This document shows positions 20,501-25,851 of a stretch of DNA of 64,000 nt, piece by piece. Position 1 is the first letter of the stretch; each line of letters starts with the position of its first letter. A program made the position numbers and the translations under genes. Origin of the DNA: an uncultured euryarchaeote (GTDB lineage: Archaea > Thermoplasmatota > Poseidoniia > Poseidoniales > Poseidoniaceae); the NCBI GenBank assembly GCA_937915175.1, contig CALDNA010000023.1, positions 4,713 through 68,712 on the forward strand, read 5' to 3'. The notes under the pieces are model-generated. The model made no database searches, had not been told where the DNA came from, and saw nothing but the letters and a program-made list of their open reading frames with translations.

Positions 20501-22065
20501 AATGTGCTTACACGAACTACTTCACGACAACCATCGTTGTGGACAAACTCGTGTTCACACTGATTCCTGACGCAACGACCAACGCTAAGGATTGGGAAAT
20601 CGATTACCTCAACGACAACGGTATCCACCAAATCGGACCATCTGGCTCCGAGTTCTGTAAGATCCGCTTGGTCCTCGAGGACACCGCAACAGCCCCAAGT
20701 TACGTGCCAAACTACGACACCACCTTGATGCCAATCGCAGCCTACCAACAAGGCCAAGATGACATCGAAATCGGTGTCCGTGTCGAAAACGTTCGTGAGC
20801 AAGTCGCTGACTACTACCTAGACAGCCTCTCTGGCTTCGACTTCAACGGCGTGACCAACATCATGACAGGCACCTACGTGCCGGTTACTGTGAAGGTCGG
20901 CGCTGGTGGCGACGAAGGACCGTTCACCTACGATCACATGCTTGCTGTGACCTTCCACTCGGACGGCCACACTGAGGACGAGCAAACTCGATACTACACC
21001 GTTCCATCCTATGGAACGAATGTGGCCTTCGACGAAATGGTCTACATCACCAAGGACACCACCAATGTGTGGGTTGAAATGGATGTTGTGACTTGCTTGA
21101 ACGACCCATGTGACTTGACTGCAGCAGTTTCGGACCGCTTCCAGACCGACGACCCAGCATCCCACCGTGCCAACAACAACGGCATCCAGGGCGCTGACTG
21201 GTCCAAGCCTGGACAGTACGGTAGCAACGCTACTCAGACCTCCGAACGCCGACCACTTCTCGAAGACAGCAACTGGTGTAACAACCGAATGACGTCGCTC
21301 GAGAATGGATCCGTCTGTAACCACGCAAACCAGCCACCTGCTAACTTCGAAGCTACTGGACAACCGCTACCAAGCGTTGTTCGTACAATCGGAGCCAGCT
21401 CGGTCCCATCGTTCGCACCTAGCATCGTTGTGGTCAGCCTCACCGGTCTCTTCGTGAGCGCACTTGCCTTCTCCAGCCGCCGTGCTGATGATGAAGAAGA
21501 AGTCGCCGAGACCATGGTTGACAGTGACGTCGCAGTGAGCCCAGTGATTGCTACCATCTTGATGGTCGCTATCACCGTCGTTCTCTCCGGTGTGATCTAC
21601 GTTTGGGCAAGCAGCCTCGCTGAAACTGACGTCAAGGGTGTTCCTCGGATCACCTTCGACATCGAGGACATCGACGGCTTTGATGCTGAAACCGGTCACT
21701 GGCGAATTACCGTGCAGTCGGCTGAAACCGACTTGGCTACACAAGCAGTTGTGCTCCGTGTGATCTACACAGACGCTGATGGAAACACAGCGATTGAAGA
21801 AGCGAACATGGCGGACACGAACGGTGTCTACGGGTTCAACCCCGACAACAGTGATGCATTCATCACCTTTGTCGACCAGGTGAACAAGGAAGGAAGCGAC
21901 TCTGTCTCGACCTTCAATACCGGAGACACCATCTTCGTGCGAACCCACGCACCTGATGGCACGCCATTGACTGAAGTGACAATCACTCTATCCTACGCTC
22001 CAAGCGTTGGACAAGGTGCGCTCCTGCGCTCCTGGACTGGTTTGTCATACGACGTCAAGGCTTGA
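8512..22065 (+). CDS. Giant secreted adhesin-like protein, 4517 aa: WapA-like N-domain, DNRLRE-like domain, Ig + NIDO-like units, beta-helix repeats, DOMON/CBM9-like and cadherin-like domains, TM anchor, C-terminal archaeal type IV pilin
   Basis: Uninterrupted 13.5-kb ORF with strong codon bias and an N-terminal signal peptide. Motifs [15 protein letters not shown] and FPLAIDPT; beta-helix rungs ([22 protein letters not shown]); [8 protein letters not shown]; VNDAP x2; [25 protein letters not shown] near the C-terminus. Confidence 0.88.
   Translation: [4517 protein letters not shown]
21403..21483 (+). other. Internal PGF-CTERM-like sorting/anchor segment (VPSF + TM helix + RR)
   Basis: [27 protein letters not shown] has the motif-TM-basic layout of archaeosortase substrates, with PSF instead of PGF. 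Confidence 0.5.
21514..22065 (+). other. Archaeal type IV prepilin module (class III signal peptide / Pilin_N-DUF1628-like) inside the giant ORF
   Basis: [35 protein letters not shown] closely matches the [21 protein letters not shown] archaeal pilin H-domain. It is followed by a ~150-aa beta-rich globular domain. Confidence 0.85.
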
Positions 22066-22244
22066 GTTCAAGTTTGAACGCTGAAGACAATCGGACGCAT
22101 TGGGGATAGGGGCTTCGGCCTCTATCCCTCTTGTCTCCCAACATCCCAGAAATGGGATGATCCACCTCAACGGTGGAAAGCCCGCCCGAACGCAGGGGGT
22201 TTCCGAAAGGGGCCCCCTGTCTTCGGCCCCCCTCTTTTCTTTTT
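22066..22244 (+). ncRNA. Candidate structured 3' RNA element / terminator with five hairpins
   Basis: GTTCA-AGTT-TGAAC; GGGATAGGGGC-TTCG-GCCTCTATCCC (22103-22128); CATCCCA-GAAA-TGGGATG (22142-22159); TCCACC-TCAAC-GGTGGA (22161-22177); CAGGGGGTTTCC-GAAA-GGGGCCCCCTG (22193-22219); U tract 22233-22244. Confidence 0.55.
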
Positions 22245-22296
22245 CAACGACAGTGTTGTTGCGAAGCCTTTCAAACCCGCACTCTGTCCACAAGCC

Positions 22297-22983
22297 ATGG
22301 CACAAGGTCCAATCATTACACCGCTCACTAAAACGACGTGTGTTGTGTTTGATTGCGACGGTGTTCTTGTCGATGCAGTCAGCTCTTGGCGCACGCTCCA
22401 TGACCACTTCGGAACAGACAATGGTGCCAACCTCCAGAGGTTCATCGATGGCGAAATATCAGATGCTGAATTCATGCGGTTGGACATCAAGAAATGGAAG
22501 TCGATAGAAGACCCAATCCATCGAGAAGACCTCTTTAGGGCCTATGCTGGTGTGCAACTGATGAAAGGGGCACGAGAATTGGTTCAGCACCTCCAAGATC
22601 AGGGTATTTTCGTGGCCATTGTCAGCGCTGGGGTCGATTTGTTTGTTGCCTCCATCGCTGCCATGCTCAAGGTCGACGATTGGATTGCGAATGGCTTTGA
22701 ATTTAACGAAGATGACACGCTTGGAGACGAGGGCATTTGCCGACTTCATGCTACTGGTAAGGGTGAAATTATTCAGCGGCTATTAGCCATGAACAATCTC
22801 GAGGCAAGTGGCTGCGTCAGTGTGGGTGATTCCGAAATGGATCTTTCAATGCGTATTGATGGAGGCCATTTCATTGGCTTCAATCCTACACGGGATTCAT
22901 CCAAACTAGCATTCGAGGCTGCTGGAGTTCCAGTGGTTATGGGCAAAGATTTGTTCGACATCGCTCCATACCTTGGAGTTTAA
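22297..22983 (+). CDS. HAD-IB family phosphatase (phosphoserine phosphatase-like)
   Basis: HAD motif I VVFDCDGVL, motif II IVSAG, motif III K, motif IV VGDSEMD. Confidence 0.85.
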   Translation: MAQGPIITPLTKTTCVVFDCDGVLVDAVSSWRTLHDHFGTDNGANLQRFIDGEISDAEFMRLDIKKWKSIEDPIHREDLFRAYAGVQLMKGARELVQHLQDQGIFVAIVSAGVDLFVASIAAMLKVDDWIANGFEFNEDDTLGDEGICRLHATGKGEIIQRLLAMNNLEASGCVSVGDSEMDLSMRIDGGHFIGFNPTRDSSKLAFEAAGVPVVMGKDLFDIAPYLGV

Positions 22984-22989
22984 ATTCGT

Positions 22990-24624
22990 TCAGGCGAATG
23001 GTATTGCTGTCGTTGCGTGGCTTTTGAGGTTGACAATGGTCAGCATGCATGGTTTAGGTTGGAATCCAAGCATTCGCTGGTATGAGGTTTGATCCTGCCA
23101 AGTGCTTGAACAAATCAGTGTGGTCCCCTTGTAATCAATGCAAGCGTGACCGTGAACGTGACCTGTTACGAAAATGTCCGGAACTTCTCGAATGACGAGC
23201 CCATCCTCTGGTTCTGGAGATAATGGTGTTTTTCCACCCCACTGAGGGGCTAAGTGGCGCCTTCTCAGCATTTGTCGCATGGCTTCAACAGGATCTGCGT
23301 ACGTCACCGTTCTCAACCCCGCAACAAAGTCGTCGATTGATTTCCCGTGGTATGAGAGGTGGCGTACACCGTGCAACGAGAAGTCACAGGGATTGCCAAC
23401 AAACGTGGTCGTGTTGTAATCCTGCTGAATGTCTTTTTCGAATGTCGGCTGAGGTTCTGCTGGTCGTACAGCATCGTGATTTCCAGGGAGCATGACGCAC
23501 TCCACCCAATCGGGGAGCAGTTCCAGCAATCGAGCGAATTCCTGGTACTGGCCATACAAATCTGGTATGGATAATTCACTGTCTTGTCCGGGATAAATAC
23601 CCACTCCATCCACGCAGTCACCTGAAAGAATGAGGTATTTGATGGTCTTTGCCAGCGGATCTGTATGGAACCAGCGGACCATCTTATGCCATTGGGCTTC
23701 GAGGAATGTCTTCGAACCGACGTGAATGTCCGAAAGGAAGGCCACGCTTACACCGTGTTCTGAACTGGCCTTGATGTGTTTTTCTTTCATTGGAAAGTGA
23801 AGATCATCAACGTAAAACAAATCACCAGTTTGGCTGAAGGTTCCTGAAACCCCCAGCACGTCATCCGGCATGAGCCCCGCTTCCAGTATTTGCTCGTGCG
23901 CTCGATCTCGATCATCGCCCTTTCGTTTTGTGAGAAGGCAGGTCAATTCTCCAGTCTCATCTTCGAGGTTCCAAATGAGGTGACCGTTTTTTGTGTACCT
24001 CGGTTCATTGACCAAACCAATGGCTACGGCTTTGTTCTCATAACCTTGATAGCGGCTGCTTTCAGCGTGAAGTCTGACAATTTCTGTCGGTGTTCGTGGA
24101 AGGCGAGAATTTTGGATAATCATCTTTCTGATGCTTGTTAGACGGTCGCTGAAGCAAGAGGTGATATCACTCATCTTCCCTTCTGTGGTGCTGTTTCCTG
24201 TGATGTCATAGTGGACCAAAATATCGCTTGAAGCGTCATTCGCATGTTCGCTGAAATCACTTTCTTTCCAGTCCGGTAGGTTATTTCTGAACCGCACATC
24301 GAGCGGCTCAGGTTCGTGGATTGGGGCAATTGTTCGTCCTAAATCTGTGTTGTTTGTACTGTTGATCGGCGGTGCAGGCAGAGGGGATGTGGCAGGTTGT
24401 GCTGCTGGCTGATTGGCCATCATTCGCTGCTTTCCACGCCAAACTGCGACCATGTCTTCCAAAATTTCAGCCGTCAGAAATCCCTTGTCAAAGGCCACCG
24501 CCTCTGCGCAATCAAGAACGCCCTTCAGGTCTTCCAATTTGACCAATTCATCCCGTACGGATGCTGTAGGGACAATGCCTCGTGAGCGCAGGACAGGGAG
24601 GATGTCTTCCCACGGCGCACTCAT
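22990..24624 (-). CDS. polB: DNA polymerase II (PolD) small subunit DP1, 3'-5' exonuclease, ~544 aa
   Basis: OB fold (TKNGHLIWNLEDETG) plus calcineurin-like motifs SDIHVGS, GDCVDGVGIYPGQ, PGNHDA, YHGKSIDD, RRHLAP, GHVH. Start moved to ATG 24624 (MSAPW), because 24858 overlaps the neighbouring gene. The symbol is the archaeal DP1 usage, not family B polymerase. Confidence 0.95.
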   Translation of the reverse strand: MSAPWEDILPVLRSRGIVPTASVRDELVKLEDLKGVLDCAEAVAFDKGFLTAEILEDMVAVWRGKQRMMANQPAAQPATSPLPAPPINSTNNTDLGRTIAPIHEPEPLDVRFRNNLPDWKESDFSEHANDASSDILVHYDITGNSTTEGKMSDITSCFSDRLTSIRKMIIQNSRLPRTPTEIVRLHAESSRYQGYENKAVAIGLVNEPRYTKNGHLIWNLEDETGELTCLLTKRKGDDRDRAHEQILEAGLMPDDVLGVSGTFSQTGDLFYVDDLHFPMKEKHIKASSEHGVSVAFLSDIHVGSKTFLEAQWHKMVRWFHTDPLAKTIKYLILSGDCVDGVGIYPGQDSELSIPDLYGQYQEFARLLELLPDWVECVMLPGNHDAVRPAEPQPTFEKDIQQDYNTTTFVGNPCDFSLHGVRHLSYHGKSIDDFVAGLRTVTYADPVEAMRQMLRRRHLAPQWGGKTPLSPEPEDGLVIREVPDIFVTGHVHGHACIDYKGTTLICSSTWQDQTSYQRMLGFQPKPCMLTIVNLKSHATTAIPFA

Positions 24625-24691
24625 AACACAAGGTAACGGAGGCCCTCCAAAAGCACACCGGTGAGGGTGAGTGATTTTTTTGTGTGAAGCG

Positions 24692-25378
24692 CTACCACTT
24701 GACGTCGCTGTCGATGGCATCTTCTGACCCGGTGGGTTTTCCATCGCCGTCGAAATCATCATCCCGCCAAGGCGCTGCTTCTCGGGTTGCTGCATCCCTT
24801 TTGGCCCGATCAATTTCAAACTGGGCCTGAGCAAGAACTTCTGCCTTTCTGGCTTCATCTTGAGCCCGCTCGCTTTCTTCTTGCTTGGCCATGGCTATGT
24901 CGTAACGACGGATGGCGGTCAGCAGTGCAAAGTGGACAAAGCCAATTTTATTTTCAGCCCTGTTCCCTCCAATTTGAGTGGAATCTGCGTTTGCCCATGT
25001 GGCTGAGGCAATGCCGACATAGACCATGCCGACCTTCTTGTTGGTTCCATCACTGGCGGGTCCAGCAATACCGGTAATGGATATGGCGAGGCTGGCGTTT
25101 GCACGCTCCCGTGCCCCTTGAGCCATTTCCATGGCGACAATGGCTGAAACAGCCCCTTTCGACTCCAATGTTTCTGGCTTGACACTCAGTTCTTGAATCT
25201 TCGATTCATTTGAGTATGTCACCCAAGATTGGTTGAACCATTGCGATGCACCGGCTATGTCTGTGAAGGAGCTTGCCAGCAATCCACCCGTGCAGGACTC
25301 TGCTACTGTGATGGTGTGGCCACCTTCTTTCAGACGGCGCACAAGGCGGGCTGCAGCCGCTTGGACATCTTCATCCAT
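24692..25378 (-). CDS. CinA/PncC-family nicotinamide-nucleotide amidohydrolase with a charged C-terminal extension
   Basis: VAESCTGG, VTYSNESK, GAVS..VA..MAQG, SITGIAGP, VGMVYVGI. Confidence 0.9.
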   Translation of the reverse strand: MDEDVQAAAARLVRRLKEGGHTITVAESCTGGLLASSFTDIAGASQWFNQSWVTYSNESKIQELSVKPETLESKGAVSAIVAMEMAQGARERANASLAISITGIAGPASDGTNKKVGMVYVGIASATWANADSTQIGGNRAENKIGFVHFALLTAIRRYDIAMAKQEESERAQDEARKAEVLAQAQFEIDRAKRDAATREAAPWRDDDFDGDGKPTGSEDAIDSDVKW

Positions 25379-25459
25379 GCAACCTGAGGGCGCGACTCAT
25401 CGTCTTTGAGGTTAACCCTCAAACAATGGCTTCAAGAACTGAGGCTTACAGGACGAAGT

Positions 25460-25532
25460 GGGTCTGTGGTCTAGTGGTTATGACACCGCCCTTACACGGC
25501 GTTGATCGAGGGTTCAAATCCCTCCAGACCCA
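25460..25532 (+). tRNA. tRNA-Val (TAC)
   Basis: Acceptor stem GGGTCTG/CAGACCC, discriminator A; D-loop TAGTGG; anticodon loop CTTACAC; T-arm GAGGG-TTCAAAT-CCCTC. CCA is not encoded. Confidence 0.95.
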
Positions 25533-25533
25533 T

Positions 25534-25842
25534 CTACCAAAGGTGCTGCACGAGTGCTTCGCTCGAGCCAGCTACGACTTTGGTAATTCCCGAAGTTCGT
25601 CTGAAGGTTTCAGCATCCGCAGTTGTACCATCGATCATGATGAAATGAACCGCTCGTTGCCACAATCCCGGCTCCGGTCGAGATCCACGGTGGTCAACTG
25701 CAACCAAGATGTCATCAAGTTCTGTGAACATCAACAGTGTGGTTGAATGAGCAATCTCGTCGGCTTTGAGAACCAACCACCGTGCACCGGACATCGAGGC
25801 ACGAGGATTATCTCCTAAATCTTTGAGATGAACGATTCGCAT
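25534..25842 (-). CDS. Hypothetical protein, 102 aa, downstream of pelota
   Basis: ATG preceded by GAGGA, 9 nt after the pelota stop; globular-looking composition; fills the gap up to the tRNA. Confidence 0.65.
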   Translation of the reverse strand: MRIVHLKDLGDNPRASMSGARWLVLKADEIAHSTTLLMFTELDDILVAVDHRGSRPEPGLWQRAVHFIMIDGTTADAETFRRTSGITKVVAGSSEALVQHLW

Positions 25843-25851
25843 AGCTATTCC

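Noticed and set aside
8797-21948. Many antisense and frame-shifted ORFs inside the giant gene (e.g. 11638..12684 - 348 aa)
   Set aside because: Expected from strongly biased codon usage that depletes stops in other frames; the Val/Arg- or Thr-rich translations have no domains.
8512-22065. Giant gene as an RHS/YD polymorphic toxin
   Set aside because: Despite the WapA-like N-terminus there are no YD repeats, no PxxxxDPxG core end, and no toxin tip or immunity gene.
22172-22200. GTGGAAAGCCC resembles the RNase P RNA 5' P4 motif GAGGAAAGTCC
   Set aside because: Two mismatches, no matching 3' P4 half, and too little room before the HAD gene. No SRP helix-8 motif either.
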